From IMG/VR virus record IMGVR_UViG_646206259_000004: 45,219 nt of DNA. The stretch is one strand, 5' to 3'. Made by a program: the position numbers and the translations under genes. Shown here piece after piece: positions 27,324 to 39,429 of this stretch. This DNA comes from a virus. Taxonomy: Duplodnaviria; Heunggongvirae; Uroviricota; Caudoviricetes. How positions within the stretch are numbered: the first letter of the stretch is position 1; every line of letters starts with the position of its first letter. The notes under the pieces are model-generated. The model saw only the letters and a list, made by a program, of their open reading frames with translations. It was not told the DNA's origin and did not search any database.

Positions 27324-27707
27324 ATGGCAACAAAAGAAGAAAATCTGAATCGTCTTCGTCAACTGGCTGACCTGCTGGGGCGCGAGGCGGATATGTCGGG
27401 GAGTGCTGCGGATATTGCTCAACGTGTGTCTGAGTGGGAAGAGGAGCTTGCTGTTTCCCCGGAGGGCATTATGCACTCTGATGAGAGCGGGGCTGATCAA
27501 AATCACACAGACGATGGTGAGCAGTTGAACAACACGGATGCTCCGGATGATGTTAAAGCCGTCCGGGTACGGAAGTGCCTGCAAGTAATGGGGTATTGCC
27601 CGGAGACAGGTCGTCCCGTTGAGCTGGCGTTACGGGGTATGCGTGTTCTGGTGCCATCATCACTGGCAACGGCCATGATACAGCACGGAACGGCTGAATA
27701 TGCGTGA
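27324..27707 (+). CDS. FI: DNA packaging protein FI
   Basis: Start MATKEENLNRLRQ after an AGGAGG RBS; position and acidic middle region as in lambda FI; overlaps the FII start. Confidence 0.75.
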   Translation: MATKEENLNRLRQLADLLGREADMSGSAADIAQRVSEWEEELAVSPEGIMHSDESGADQNHTDDGEQLNNTDAPDDVKAVRVRKCLQVMGYCPETGRPVELALRGMRVLVPSSLATAMIQHGTAEYA

Positions 27708-28053
27708 TTTTCAGAATGCCTTTGATGCTGCCCTCGCCGGGGTAGACAGTACGATCGTTGAAGTGATGGGGCTCTGTGCGCAGTTCACCTCGGGGGCACA
27801 GTGTGGCAGCGAAGTTCAGGGGGTTTTTGATGATCCGGAGTCGCTGGGGTTTGCCGGTGGCGGGGTCCGTATTGAAGGAAGCAGCCCGTCATTATTTGTG
27901 CGGACGGATACGGTTCGTGCCGTGCGGCGTGGTGACACGCTGACCATTAATGGTGAGATATTCTGGGTGGATCGTGTTTCTCCGGATGACGGGGGCAGCT
28001 GTTATCTCTGGCTCAACCGTGGTCAACCACCCGCAGTTAACCGGCGACGATAA
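27700..28053 (+). CDS. FII: Head-tail joining protein FII
   Basis: 117 aa; ...VFDDPE...GVR.EGSSPSLFVRTD.VR..RRGDTLTI....FWVDRVSPDDGGSC.LWL.RG.PPAVNRRR nearly identical in pattern to lambda FII. Confidence 0.95.
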   Translation: MRDFQNAFDAALAGVDSTIVEVMGLCAQFTSGAQCGSEVQGVFDDPESLGFAGGGVRIEGSSPSLFVRTDTVRAVRRGDTLTINGEIFWVDRVSPDDGGSCYLWLNRGQPPAVNRRR

Positions 28054-28068
28054 ACGCAGGGTGAAATT

Positions 28069-28602
28069 ATGGCGATAAAAGGGCTTGATCAGGCGATTGA
28101 CAATCTGAGCCGGGTTCGTAAAAACGCCATTCCGGCGGCTTCAGCAATGGCCATTAACCGCGTGGCCACAACGGCGATTAATCAGTCTTCATCACAGGTT
28201 GCCCGGGAGACAAAGGTTCGCCGGAAACTGGTTAAGGAACGGTCCAGACTGAAACGGGCGACGGTCAGAAATCCGAATGCCAGAATTATCGTTAACCGCG
28301 GTGATCTCCCTGTGATTAAGCTGGGGATCAGGATGCTGGGGCGTCGCCCGAACAGCATACTTAAAGCCGGTCAGCATCGGTATCAGCGGGCATTTATTCA
28401 GAGATTAAAAAATGGTCGCTGGCATGTCATGCAGCGTGTGGCCGGGAAAAACCGTTACCCCATTGATGTGGTGAAAATCCCGATGGCGGCCCCACTGAAA
28501 CAGGCATTTGATGAGAATGTTGACCGTATCCGGCGTGAACGCCTGCCTAAAGAACTGGCATACGCGCTGAAACAACAACTGAGGATTGCAATAAAACGAT
28601 GA
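28069..28602 (+). CDS. Z: Tail protein Z
   Basis: MAIKGL.QA..NLSR....A.P.A.AMAINRVA..AI.QS.SQVARETKVRRKLVKER.RLKRATV.NP.ARI.VNRGDLPVIKLG... matches lambda gpZ. Confidence 0.95.
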   Translation: MAIKGLDQAIDNLSRVRKNAIPAASAMAINRVATTAINQSSSQVARETKVRRKLVKERSRLKRATVRNPNARIIVNRGDLPVIKLGIRMLGRRPNSILKAGQHRYQRAFIQRLKNGRWHVMQRVAGKNRYPIDVVKIPMAAPLKQAFDENVDRIRRERLPKELAYALKQQLRIAIKR

Positions 28603-28994
28603 AACACACTGACATTCGTGCCGCAGTGCTGGATGCACTCGAGCAGCATGAACACGGGGCGACGCTGTTTGATGGTCGCCCCGTTGTTTTTGACGAAGAG
28701 GATTTTCCTGCGATCGCGGTTTATCTGACGGATGCAGAGTATACCGGTGAAGAGCTGGATGCAGATACCTGGCGGGCCACGCTGCATATTGAGGTGTTTT
28801 TACCGGCACAGGTACCGGATTCAGAGCTTGATCAGTGGATGGAAAGCCGGATTTACCCGGCGATGACCGCGATCCCGGCACTGGCAGGACTGATTACCAC
28901 GATGGTTACGCAGGGCTATGAGTATCGTCGTGATGACGATATGGCGTTATGGAGTTCTGCAGATCTGACTTATTCCATTACATACGAGATGTGA
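28599..28994 (+). CDS. U: Tail terminator protein U
   Basis: 131 aa; [47 protein letters not shown]...[25 protein letters not shown] matches lambda gpU. Confidence 0.95.
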   Translation: MKHTDIRAAVLDALEQHEHGATLFDGRPVVFDEEDFPAIAVYLTDAEYTGEELDADTWRATLHIEVFLPAQVPDSELDQWMESRIYPAMTAIPALAGLITTMVTQGYEYRRDDDMALWSSADLTYSITYEM

Positions 28995-29001
28995 GGACGA
29001 T

Positions 29002-29754
29002 ATGGCAACACCAAATCCCCTTGAGCCGGTAAAAGGTGCCGGTACCACTCTGTGGGTTTACAACGGCAAGGGTGATGCTTATGCAAACCCGTTGTCAGAC
29101 GATGACTGGCAGCGACTGGCTAAGGTGAAGGATCTGACGCCGGGCGAGATGACGGCAGAATCCTACGATGATAACTACCTGGATGATGAAGACGCGGACT
29201 GGACCGCGACCGGGCAGGGGCAGAAATCTGCAGGTGATACCAGTTTTACGCTGGCCTGGAAACCGGGAGAGGAAGGCCAGAAAGGGCTTATAGGCTGGTT
29301 TGAAAGCGGCGATGTCCGGGCCTATAAAATCCGTTTTCCGAATGGCACGGTGGATGTGTTTCGTGGCTGGGTCAGCAGTATCGGTAAGGCCGTGACGGCG
29401 AAAGAAGTGATCACCCGCACGGTGAAAGTCACTAACGTGGGTAAACCTTCTGTAGCGGAAGAACGCAGCAAAATTACGCCGGTCAGTGCGATTAAGGTGA
29501 CGCCGACATCCGGTACGGTGGCAAAAGGGAAAACAACCACCCTGACGGTTTCTTTTGAGCCGGAAAGTGCAACCGACAAGACGTTCAGAGCGGTTTCCGC
29601 CGATCCGTCGAAAGCCACCATTAGTGTGAAAGATATGACAATTACGGTAAACGGCGTGGCGACAGGTAAGGTGCAGATCCCTGTGGTGAGCGGAAATGGT
29701 CAGTTCGCCGCAGTGGCTGAAGTCACCGTTACTGAAGCGGGCGCTGCAGGGTAA
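29002..29754 (+). CDS. V: Major tail protein V (with C-terminal Ig-like domain)
   Basis: 250 aa; [73 protein letters not shown] matches lambda gpV. Confidence 0.95.
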   Translation: MATPNPLEPVKGAGTTLWVYNGKGDAYANPLSDDDWQRLAKVKDLTPGEMTAESYDDNYLDDEDADWTATGQGQKSAGDTSFTLAWKPGEEGQKGLIGWFESGDVRAYKIRFPNGTVDVFRGWVSSIGKAVTAKEVITRTVKVTNVGKPSVAEERSKITPVSAIKVTPTSGTVAKGKTTTLTVSFEPESATDKTFRAVSADPSKATISVKDMTITVNGVATGKVQIPVVSGNGQFAAVAEVTVTEAGAAG

Positions 29755-29767
29755 ACGGAGGTAATAC

Positions 29768-30199
29768 ATGTTTCTGAAAACAGAACAATTTGAATATAAC
29801 GGTGTGTCTGTCACGCTTTCCGAATTGTCTGCGCTGCAGCGTATCGAGCATCTTGCCCTCCTGAAACGGCGTGCAGAACAGGCAGAATCCTGCGGCAACC
29901 TGCAGGTAAGCGTGGAAGATCTCGTCAGAACCGGCGCGTTTCTGGTGGCGATGTCCCTGTGGCATAACCATCCACAGAAAACGCAGTCACCGTCAATGAA
30001 TGAGGCCGTGATGAAGATAGAGCAGGAAGTGCTCACCACCTGGCCTGCCGATGCCATTGCCCGGGCGGAAGACGTGGTGTTGTGCCTGTCCGGGATGATC
30101 GAAGCTGTTCGTCCGGATACTGATATTACTGAAGTGGCGAAAAATAACACGCTGACTGATGATGATTTTTCTGCGGGAAAGTCTTCGACGGCGAGCTGA
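29768..30199 (+). CDS. G: Tail assembly chaperone G
   Basis: 143 aa; MFLKTE.FE.NGVTVTLSELSALQRIEHLAL.KR.AEQAES matches lambda gpG; contains the GGGAAAG slippery site near its 3' end. Confidence 0.9.
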   Translation: MFLKTEQFEYNGVSVTLSELSALQRIEHLALLKRRAEQAESCGNLQVSVEDLVRTGAFLVAMSLWHNHPQKTQSPSMNEAVMKIEQEVLTTWPADAIARAEDVVLCLSGMIEAVRPDTDITEVAKNNTLTDDDFSAGKSSTAS

Positions 30200-30639
30200 A
30201 CTTTGCCCTCAGACTGGCGCGTGAGATGGGGAGACCCGACTGGCGCGCCATGCTTGCCGGGATGACATCCACCGAATATGCCGACTGGCACCGTTTTTAC
30301 CGCACGCATTATTTTCAGGATACCCAGCTGGATATGCATTTTTCCGGGCTGACGTACGCTGTACTCAGCCTGTTTTTTTGCGATCCGGATATGCATCCCT
30401 CTGATTTCAGTCTGCTTGTCCCCCGGCATGAGGAAGAGCAGGTGGAGAGGCCGGATGAGGACAAAATGCTGATGCAGAAAGCGGCAGGACTTGCCGGAGG
30501 CGTCCGGTTCGGTGGGGACGGAGGGCGCGATATTTTATCGTCTGCGGATGTGGCGGATGTCATGGTGGATGATGCCGCATTAATGATGGCTTCAGCGGGG
30601 ATTCCGGGAGGTGTGAGATATGTCCCAGCCGGTTGGTGA
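29768..30639 (+). CDS. T: G-T tail assembly chaperone fusion made by programmed -1 ribosomal frameshift at GGGAAAG (30175-30181)
   Basis: Slippery heptamer G GGA AAG at 30175-30181; the -1 frame is open from there to 30639 (T-like ORF 30226..30639); conserved lambda G/GT arrangement. Confidence 0.8.
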
Positions 30640-33324
30640 TCTTGTTATTGACCTGAGTCTGGATGCTGTCCGTTTCGATGAGCAGATGAGCCGGGTAAGG
30701 CGTCATTTTTCAGGTCTGGATACCGACGCCAGAAAAACCGCCAGTGCTGTTGAACAGGGCCTGAGCCGCCAGGCGCTGGCTGCACAAAAAGCCGGGATTT
30801 CCGTCGGGCAGTATAAAGCGGCCATGCGAACCCTGCCCGCACAGTTTACGGATATCGCCACGCAGCTTGCCGGTGGTCAGAATCCCTGGTTGATCCTGCT
30901 GCAACAGGGCGGTCAGGTGAAGGACTCCTTCGGCGGGATGATCCCCATGTTCAGGGGGCTTGCCGGTGCGATCACCCTGCCGATGGTCGGGGTCACCTCG
31001 CTGGCGGTGGCGACAGGTGCGCTGGCGTACGCCTGGTACCAGGGCGACGCCACGCTTTCAGAATTTAATAAAACGCTGGTCCTTTCCGGCAATCAGGCCG
31101 GACTGACTGCCGATCGTATGCTGACGCTCTCAAGAGCCGGGCAGGCAGCAGGGCTGACGTTTAACCAGGCGAGAGAGTCACTGGCAGCCTTGGTGAATGC
31201 CGGTGTGCGTGGTGGTGAACAGTTTGATGCCATCAACCAGAGTGTCGCGCGTTTTGCGTCTGCATCCGGTGTGGAGGTGGATNNNNNNNNNNNNNNNNNN
31301 NNNNNNNNNNNNNNNNNNNNNNNNNNNNNNNNNNNNNNNNNNNNNNNNNNNNNNNNNNNNNNNNNNNNNNNNNNNNNNNNNNNNNNNNNNNNNNNNNNNN
31401 NNNNNNNNNNNNNNNNNNNNNNNNNNNNNNNNNNNNNNNNNNNNNNNNNNNNNNNNNNNNNNNNNNNNNNNNNNNNNNNNNNNNNNNNNNNNNNNNNNNN
31501 NNNNNNNNNNNNNNNNNNNNNNNNNNNNNNNNNNNNNNNNNNNNNNNNNNNNNNNNNNNNNNNNNNNNNNNNNNNNNNNNNNNNNNNNNNNNNNNNNNNN
31601 NNNNNNNNNNNNNNNNNNNNNNNNNNNNNNNNNNNNNNNNNNNNNNNNNNNNNNNNNNNNNNNNNNNNNNNNNNNNNNNNNNNNNNNNNNNNNNNNNNNN
31701 NNNNNNNNNNNNNNNNNNNNNNNNNNNNNNNNNNNNNNNNNNNNNNNNNNNNNNNNNNNNNNNNNNNNNNNNNNNNNNNNNNNNNNNNNNNNNNNNNNNN
31801 NNNNNNNNNNNNNNNNNNNNNNNNNNNNNNNNNNNNNNNNNNNNNNNNNNNNNNNNNNNNNNNNNNNNNNNNNNNNNNNNNNNNNNNNNNNNGTTCCGTA
31901 ACGTGACGGCAGAGCAGATTGCGTATGTTGCACAGCTGCAGCGTTCCGGAGACGAGGCCGGGGCATTGCAGGCGGCGAACGATATCGCCACGAAAGGCTT
32001 TGATGAGCAGACCCGTCGCCTGAAAGAAAACATGGGAACACTGGAGACCTGGGCGGATAAAACAGGGAAGGCATTCAAATCGATGTGGGATGCCATTCTG
32101 GATATCGGTCGTCCGGAATCCTCAGCGGATATGCTCGCCAGTGCGCAGAAGGCATTTGATGAGGCGGATAAAAAATGGCAGTGGTACCAGAGCCGGAGCC
32201 AGCGCCGGGGAAAGACCTCCTCTTTTCGTGCGAACCTTCAGGGGGCATGGGATGACCGGGAAAATGCCCGTCTGGGTCTGGCAGCGGCCACGCTGCAGTC
32301 GGATATGGAAAAAGCCGGTGAACTGGCGGCAAGGGACAGGGCTGAGCGTGAGTCGTCACAGCTGAAGTATACCGGAGAGGCGCAGAAGGCGTATGAGCGC
32401 CTGCAGACGCCGCTGGATAAATATACCGCCCGTCAGAAAGAGCTGAATAAGGCCCTGAAAGACGGAAAAATCCTGCAGGCGGATTACAACACGCTGATGG
32501 CGTCGGCAAAAAAGGATTATGAATCGACGCTGAAAAAGCCGTCAGGTGTGAAGGTGTCTGCCGGTGAGCGCCAGGAAGACCGGGCGCATGCAGCCCTGCT
32601 GGCGCTTGAAACCGAGCTCAGGACGCTGGAAAAACACAGCGGTGTGAATGAGAAAATCAGCCAGCAGCGCCGGGATTTATGGGAAGCGGAAAGTCAGTAT
32701 GTGGTCCTGAAAGAGGCCGCCACGAAACGGCAGTTATCTGAGCAGGAAAAATCCCTGCTGGCTCATGAGAAAGAGACGCTGGAGTACAAACGCCAGCTGG
32801 CTGAGCTGGGAGACAAGATTGAACACCAGAAGCGGCTGAATGAGCTGGCACAGCAGGCGGCGCGGTTTGAACAGCAGCAAAGCGCGAAGCAGGCGGCAAT
32901 CAGCGCAAAAGCCCGCGGCCTCACCGACCGTCAGGCGCAGCGGGAGTCGGAAGAGCAGCGCCTTCGTGAGGTGTACGGTGATAATCCGGCTGCGCTGGCG
33001 AAGGCCACATCGGCACTGAAGAACACCTGGTCTGCGGAGGAGCAGCTTCGTGGAAGCTGGATGGCCGGGATGAAGTCCGGCTGGGGAGAGTGGGCGGAAA
33101 GTGCGACGGACAGTTTTTCGCAGGTTAAAAGTGTGGCCACGCAGACCTTTGACGGTATTGCACAGAATATGGCGGCGATGCTGACCGGCAGCGAACAGAA
33201 CTGGCGGGGATTCACCCGTTCCGTGCTGTCCATGATGACAGAAATTCTGCTTAAGCAGGCAATGGTGGGGATTGTCGGGAGTATCGGCAGCGCCATTGGC
33301 GGGGCTGTTGGTGGCGGCGCATCC
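30620..33324 (+). CDS. H: Tape measure protein H (two internal/3' stretches N-masked; continues beyond 33324)
   Basis: N-terminus MSQPVGDLVIDLSLDAVRFDEQMSRVRRHFSG... and later segments (AEQIAYVAQLQRSGDEAGALQAAN..., ...LLKQAMVGIVGSIGSAIGGAVGGGAS) match lambda gpH. The frame differs on the two sides of the 31283-31892 mask, so mask length is not codon-faithful. Confidence 0.9.
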
Positions 33325-34932
33325 NNNNNNNNNNNNNNNNNNNNNNNNNNNNNNNNNNNNNNNNNNNNNNNNNNNNNNNNNNNNNNNNNNNNNNNNNNNN
33401 NNNNNNNNNNNNNNNNNNNNNNNNNNNNNNNNNNNNNNNNNNNNNNNNNNNNNNNNNNNNNNNNNNNNNNNNNNNNNNNNNNNNNNNNNNNNNNNNNNNN
33501 NNNNNNNNNNNNNNNNNNNNNNNNNNNNNNNNNNNNNNNNNNNNNNNNNNNNNNNNNNNNNNNNNNNNNNNNNNNNNNNNNNNNNNNNNNNNNNNNNNNN
33601 NNNNNNNNNNNNNNNNNNNNNNNNNNNNNNNNNNNNNNNNNNNNNNNNNNNNNNNNNNNNNNNNNNNNNNNNNNNNNNNNNNNNNNNNNNNNNNNNNNNN
33701 NNNNNNNNNNNNNNNNNNNNNNNNNNNNNNNNNNNNNNNNNNNNNNNNNNNNNNNNNNNNNNNNNNNNNNNNNNNNNNNNNNNNNNNNNNNNNNNNNNNN
33801 NNNNNNNNNNNNNNNNNNNNNNNNNNNNNNNNNNNNNNNNNNNNNNNNNNNNNNNNNNNNNNNNNNNNNNNNNNNNNNNNNNNNNNNNNNNNNNNNNNNN
33901 NNNNNNNNNNNNNNNNNNNNNNNNNNNNNNNNNNNNNNNNNNNNNNNNNNNNNNNNNNNNNNNNNNNNNNNNNNNNNNNNNNNNNNNNNNNNNNNNNNNN
34001 NNNNNNNNNNNNNNNNNNNNNNNNNNNNNNNNNNNNNNNNNNNNNNNNNNNNNNNNNNNNNNNNNNNNNNNNNNNNNNNNNNNNNNNNNNNNNNNNNNNN
34101 NNNNNNNNNNNNNNNNNNNNNNNNNNNNNNNNNNNNNNNNNNNNNNNNNNNNNNNNNNNNNNNNNNNNNNNNNNNNNNNNNNNNNNNNNNNNNNNNNNNN
34201 NNNNNNNNNNNNNNNNNNNNNNNNNNNNNNNNNNNNNNNNNNNNNNNNNNNNNNNNNNNNNNNNNNNNNNNNNNNNNNNNNNNNNNNNNNNNNNNNNNNN
34301 NNNNNNNNNNNNNNNNNNNNNNNNNNNNNNNNNNNNNNNNNNNNNNNNNNNNNNNNNNNNNNNNNNNNNNNNNNNNNNNNNNNNNNNNNNNNNNNNNNNN
34401 NNNNNNNNNNNNNNNNNNNNNNNNNNNNNNNNNNNNNNNNNNNNNNNNNNNNNNNNNNNNNNNNNNNNNNNNNNNNNNNNNNNNNNNNNNNNNNNNNNNN
34501 NNNNNNNNNNNNNNNNNNNNNNNNNNNNNNNNNNNNNNNNNNNNNNNNNNNNNNNNNNNNNNNNNNNNNNNNNNNNNNNNNNNNNNNNNNNNNNNNNNNN
34601 NNNNNNNNNNNNNNNNNNNNNNNNNNNNNNNNNNNNNNNNNNNNNNNNNNNNNNNNNNNNNNNNNNNNNNNNNNNNNNNNNNNNNNNNNNNNNNNNNNNN
34701 NNNNNNNNNNNNNNNNNNNNNNNNNNNNNNNNNNNNNNNNNNNNNNNNNNNNNNNNNNNNNNNNNNNNNNNNNNNNNNNNNNNNNNNNNNNNNNNNNNNN
34801 NNNNNNNNNNNNNNNNNNNNNNNNNNNNNNNNNNNNNNNNNNNNNNNNNNNNNNNNNNNNNNNNNNNNNNNNNNNNNNNNNNNNNNNNNNNNNNNNNNNN
34901 NNNNNNNNNNNNNNNNNNNNNNNNNNNNNNNT

Positions 34933-35403
34933 GGCTGGTATCAGGTACGGATTGCCGGGCGGGATGCAGGAGAAACCGAATTATCATCCCGTCTTAATGA
35001 GCCGCTGGCAAATGGTGCCGTGATCCACATCGTGCCGCGTCTTGCGGGAGCAAAAAGTGGCGGTGTGTTTCAGGCGGTGCTGGGTGCGGCGTTGATTGCT
35101 ACGGCAATCTGGATGCCGGGGATCAGTATCGCTTTCAGTGACATTCTCTTTTCAATGGGTGCGGCGATGACGCTTGGTGGTGTGGCGCAGATGCTGGCAC
35201 CGAAAGCCAGAACTCCCCGTACACAGACAACGGATAACGGCAAACAGAACACCTATTTCTCCTCACTGGATAACATGGTTGCCCAGGGCAATGTCCTGCC
35301 TGTTCTGTACGGTGAAATGCGCGTGGGGTCACGTGTGGCATCTCAGGAGATCAGCACGGCAGATGAAGGGGATGGTGGTCAGGTTGTGGTAATTGGGCGG
35401 TAA
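34933..35403 (+). CDS. I: Tail assembly protein I, C-terminal part visible after the mask
   Basis: C-terminal ...VLPVLYGEMRVGSRVASQEISTADEGDGGQVVVIGR, lambda gpI-like; immediately upstream of the J region. Confidence 0.75.
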   Translation, partial: GWYQVRIAGRDAGETELSSRLNEPLANGAVIHIVPRLAGAKSGGVFQAVLGAALIATAIWMPGISIAFSDILFSMGAAMTLGGVAQMLAPKARTPRTQTTDNGKQNTYFSSLDNMVAQGNVLPVLYGEMRVGSRVASQEISTADEGDGGQVVVIGR

Positions 35404-35476
35404 TATTATTTTACTCATGTTCTAACTAATTTAATATTTATATCGAACACTGATAATTATTCTATTGGTTAGCTAT

Positions 35477-35815
35477 ATGAACAAAACGATTTTATTCTGC
35501 ACGATTATTGCCTTAACAGGATGTAAATCTTTGGATTACGTAAAATCCGGAAAACCTGTAATGGAAGGTAATTCATTAAAAAATATTGATGAATTGTCAG
35601 GCTGCATATCCAGACAATGGGCTGGTAATGGAACACCTATAACATCCCTTCCTATTGAGAATGGGGTAAGCCTTTTAGTTCCACAGGCTATGGGGGGATA
35701 TGATGTTGTGCTTGATATCAAAAAAGCAGGAAATGGCAGTAGTTTTACTCTTTATGAACGTGTACCAGCATTAACGCCAAAAATTTTTGCTGATAGTGTT
35801 AATGCATGTAAATAA
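35477..35815 (+). CDS. AT-rich lipoprotein moron between I and J (candidate superinfection-exclusion lipoprotein)
   Basis: 112 aa; signal peptide with lipobox (MNKTILFCTIIALTGC); strongly AT-rich gene and flanks unlike neighbouring tail genes; lambda has no gene here. Confidence 0.6.
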   Translation: MNKTILFCTIIALTGCKSLDYVKSGKPVMEGNSLKNIDELSGCISRQWAGNGTPITSLPIENGVSLLVPQAMGGYDVVLDIKKAGNGSSFTLYERVPALTPKIFADSVNACK

Positions 35816-35881
35816 TAGTTAATCCTGTCGTAACTCATGAGCCGCCTTTTGGGCGGCTTTGTTGTTTATGGAGTGTGAGGA

Positions 35882-38800
35882 ATGGGTAAAGGAAGCAGTA
35901 AGGGGCATACCCCGCGCGAAGCGAGGGACAACCTGAAGTCCACGCAGCTGCTGAGTGTGATCGATGCCATCAGCGAAGGGCCGGTTGAAGGTCCGGTGGA
36001 CGGATTAAAAAGCGTGCTGCTGAACAGTACGCCGGTGCTGGACAGTGAGGGGAATACCAATATATCCGGTGTCACGGTGGTGTTCCGGGCAGGTGAGCAG
36101 GAGCAGACACCGCCGGAGGGATTTGAATCCTCCGGCTCCGAGACGGTGCTGGGTACGGAAGTGAAATATGACACGCCGATCACCCGGACCATCACGTCGG
36201 CAAACATCGACCGTCTGCGCTTTACCTTCGGTGTGCAGGCACTGGTGGAAACCACCTCAAAGGGGGACAGGAATCCGTCGGAAGTCCGCCTGCTGGTTCA
36301 GATCCAGCGTAACGGTGGCTGGGTGACGGAAAAAGACATCACCATTAAGGGCAAAACCACCTCGCAGTATCTGGCCTCGGTGGTGGTGGATAACCTGCCG
36401 CCGCGCCCGTTTAATATCCGGATGCGCAGAATGACGCCGGACAGCACCACAGACCAGCNNNNNNNNNNNNNNNNNNNNNNNNNNNNNNNNNNNNNNNNNN
36501 NNNNNNNNNNNNNNNNNNNNNNNNNNNNNNNNNNNNNNNNNNNNNNNNNNNNNNNNNNNNNNNNNNNNNNNNNNNNNNNNNNNNNNNNNNNNNNNNNNNN
36601 NNNNNNNNNNNNNNNNNNNNNNNNNNNNNNNNNNNNNNNNNNNNNNNNNNNNNNNNNNNNNNNNNNNNNNNNNNNNNNNNNNNNNNNNNNNNNNNNNNNN
36701 NNNNNNNNNNNNNNNNNNNNNNNNNNNNNNNNNNNNNNNNNNNNNNNNNNNNNNNNNNNNNNNNNNNNNNNNNNNNNNNNNNNNNNNNNNNNNNNNNNNN
36801 NNNNNNNNNNNNNNNNNNNNNNNNNNNNNNNNNNNNNNNNNNNNNNNNNNNNNNNNNNNNNNNNNNNNNNNNNNNNNNNNNNNNNNNNNNNNNNNNNNNN
36901 NNNNNNNNNNNNNNNNNNNNNNNNNNNNNNNNNNNNNNNNNNNNNNNNNNNNNNNNNNNNNNNNNNNNNNNNNNNNNNNNNNNNNNNNNNNNNNNNNNNN
37001 NNNNNNNNNNNNNNNNNNNNNNNNNNNNNNNNNNNNNNNNNNNNNNNNNNNNNNNNNNNNNNNNNNNNNNNNNNNNNNNNNNNNNNNNNNNNNNNNNNNN
37101 NNNNNNNNNNNNNNNNNNNNNNNNNNNNNNNNNNNNNNNNNNNNNNNNNNNNNNNNNNNNNNNNNNNNNNNNNNNNNNNNNNNNNNNNNNNNNNNNNNNN
37201 NNNNNNNNNNNNNNNNNNNNNNNNNNNNNNNNNNNNNNNNNNNNNNNNNNNNNNNNNNNNNNNNNNNNNNNNNNNNNNNNNNNNNNNNNNNNNNNNNNNN
37301 NNNNNNNNNNNNNNNNNNNNNNNNNNNNNNNNNNNNNNNNNNNNNNNNNNNNNNNNNNNNNNNNNNNNNNNNNNNNNNNNNNNNNNNNNNNNNNNNNNNN
37401 NNNNNNNNNNNNNNNNNNNNNNNNNNNNNNNNNNNNNNNNNNNNNNNNNNNNNNNNNNNNNNNNNNNNNNNNNNNNNNNNNNNNNNNNNNNNNNNNNNNN
37501 NNNNNNNNNNNNNNNNNNNNNNNNNNNNNNNNNNNNNNNNNNNNNNNNNNNNNNNNNNNNNNNNNNNNNNNNNNNNNNNNNNNNNNNNNNNNNNNNNNNN
37601 NNNNNNNNNNNNNNNNNNNNNNNNNNNNNNNNNNNNNNNNNNNNNNNNNNNNNNNNNNNNNNNNNNNNNNNNNNNNNNNNNNNNNNNNNNNNNNNNNNNN
37701 NNNNNNNNNNNNNNNNNNNNNNNNNNNNNNNNNNNNNNNNNNNNNNNNNNNNNNNNNNNNNNNNNNNNNNNNNNNNNNNNNNNNNNNNNNNNNNNNNNNN
37801 NNNNNNNNNNNNNNNNNNNNNNNNNNNNNNNNNNNNNNNNNNNNNNNNNNNNNNNNNNNNNNNNNNNNNNNNNNNNNNNNNNNNNNNNNNNNNNNNNNNN
37901 NNNNNNNNNNNNNNNNNNNNNNNNNNNNNNNNNNNNNNNNNNNNNNNNNNNNNNNNNNNNNNNNNNNNNNNNNNNNNNNNNNNNNNNNNNNNNNNNGTCG
38001 GTATCGTTCCGGATTGCCGCACCGGCAGCACCGTCGAGGATTGAGCTGACGCCGGGCTATTTTCAGATAACCGCCACGCCGCATCTTGCTGTTTATGACC
38101 CGACGGTACAGTTTGAGTTCTGGTTCTCGGAAAAGCGGATTACCGATATCAGGCAGGTTGAAACCACAGCCCGCTATCTTGGTACGGCGCTGTACTGGAT
38201 AGCCGCCAGTATCAATATCAAACCGGGCCATGATTATTATTTTTACGTTCGCAGTGTGAACACCGTTGGCAAATCGGCATTCGTGGAGGCTGTCGGTCGG
38301 GCGAGCGATGATGCGGAAGGTTACCTGGATTTTTTCAAAGGAGAAATCGGGAAAACACATCTGGCCCAGGAGTTGTGGACGCAGATTGATAACGGTCAGC
38401 TTGCGCCGGACCTGGCTGAAATCAGGACGTCCATTACGAATGTCAGCAATGAAATCACGCAGACCGTCAATAAAAAACTGGAAGACCAGAGTGCGGCAAT
38501 CCAGCAGATACAGAAAGTTCAGGTTGATACAAATAATAACCTGAACAGCATGTGGGCCGTGAAACTGCAGCAGATGAAGGACGGACGCCTTTATATTGCG
38601 GGTATCGGAGCCGGTATTGAGAATACGCCAGCAGGTATGCAGAGTCAGGTGCTTCTGGCTGCTGACCGGATTGCGATGATTAATCCTGCGAATGGCAACA
38701 CAAAGCCGATGTTTGTTGGTCAGGGCGATCAGATATTCATGAACGACGTGTTCCTGAAACGCCTGACGGCTCCGACCATTACCAGCGGCGGTAATCCTCC

Positions 38801-39362
38801 GGCATTTTCCCTGACACCGGACGGGCGGCTGACGGCGAAAAATGCCGATATCAGCGGTAACGTGAATGCGAACTCCGGGACGCTCAACAACGTCACGATT
38901 AACGAGAACTGTCGGGTTCTGGGAAAATTGTCCGCCAACCAGATTGAAGGCGATCTCGTTAAAACAGTGGGCAAAGCTTTCCCCCGGGACTCCCGTGCAC
39001 CGGAACGGTGGCCATCAGGGACCATCACCGTCAGGGTTTATGACGATCAGCCGTTTGACCGGCAGATTGTTATTCCGGCGGTGGCATTCAGCGGCGCTAA
39101 ACATGAGCGGGAGAATAACGATATTTATTCGTCATGCCGCCTGATAGTACGGAAAAACGGTGCTGAAATTTATAACCGTACCGCGCTGGATAATACGCTG
39201 ATTTACAGTGGTGTTATTGATATGCCAGCTGGTCGCGGCCACATGACGCTGGAGTTTTCGGTGTCAGCATGGCTGGTGAATAACTGGTATCCCACAGCAA
39301 GTATCAGCGATTTGCTGGTTGTGGTGATGAAGAAAGCCACCGCAGGCATCAGTATCAGCTGA
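35882..39362 (+). CDS. J: Central tail fibre / host specificity protein J (interior N-masked)
   Basis: First ~190 aa nearly identical to lambda gpJ ([33 protein letters not shown]...); post-mask segment ...[44 protein letters not shown]... and C-terminal receptor-binding region are J-like. Frame differs across the 36459-37996 mask. Confidence 0.9.
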
Positions 39363-39381
39363 ATTTTATAACCCATATACG

Positions 39382-39406
39382 GGCGCCAGAAATGGCGCCT
39401 TTTTTA
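39382..39406 (+). terminator. Intrinsic terminator after J
   Basis: GGCGCCAGAAATGGCGCC hairpin followed by TTTTTTATT. Confidence 0.65.
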
Positions 39407-39429
39407 TTGCAGAAAAGCGAGAGGTAATT

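Noticed and set aside
29095-30429. 444-aa minus-strand ORF antisense to V, G and T
   Set aside because: Antisense to well-supported lambda-like tail genes; Arg/Cys-rich nonsense translation typical of the reverse frame of GC-rich genes.
31178-38360. ORFs spanning N-masked stretches in the tail region (e.g. 31178..32074 -, 33251..34987 -, 36298..38031 -, 36411..38360 -)
   Set aside because: Same artefact of N runs; the visible flanks are explained by H, I and J on the plus strand.
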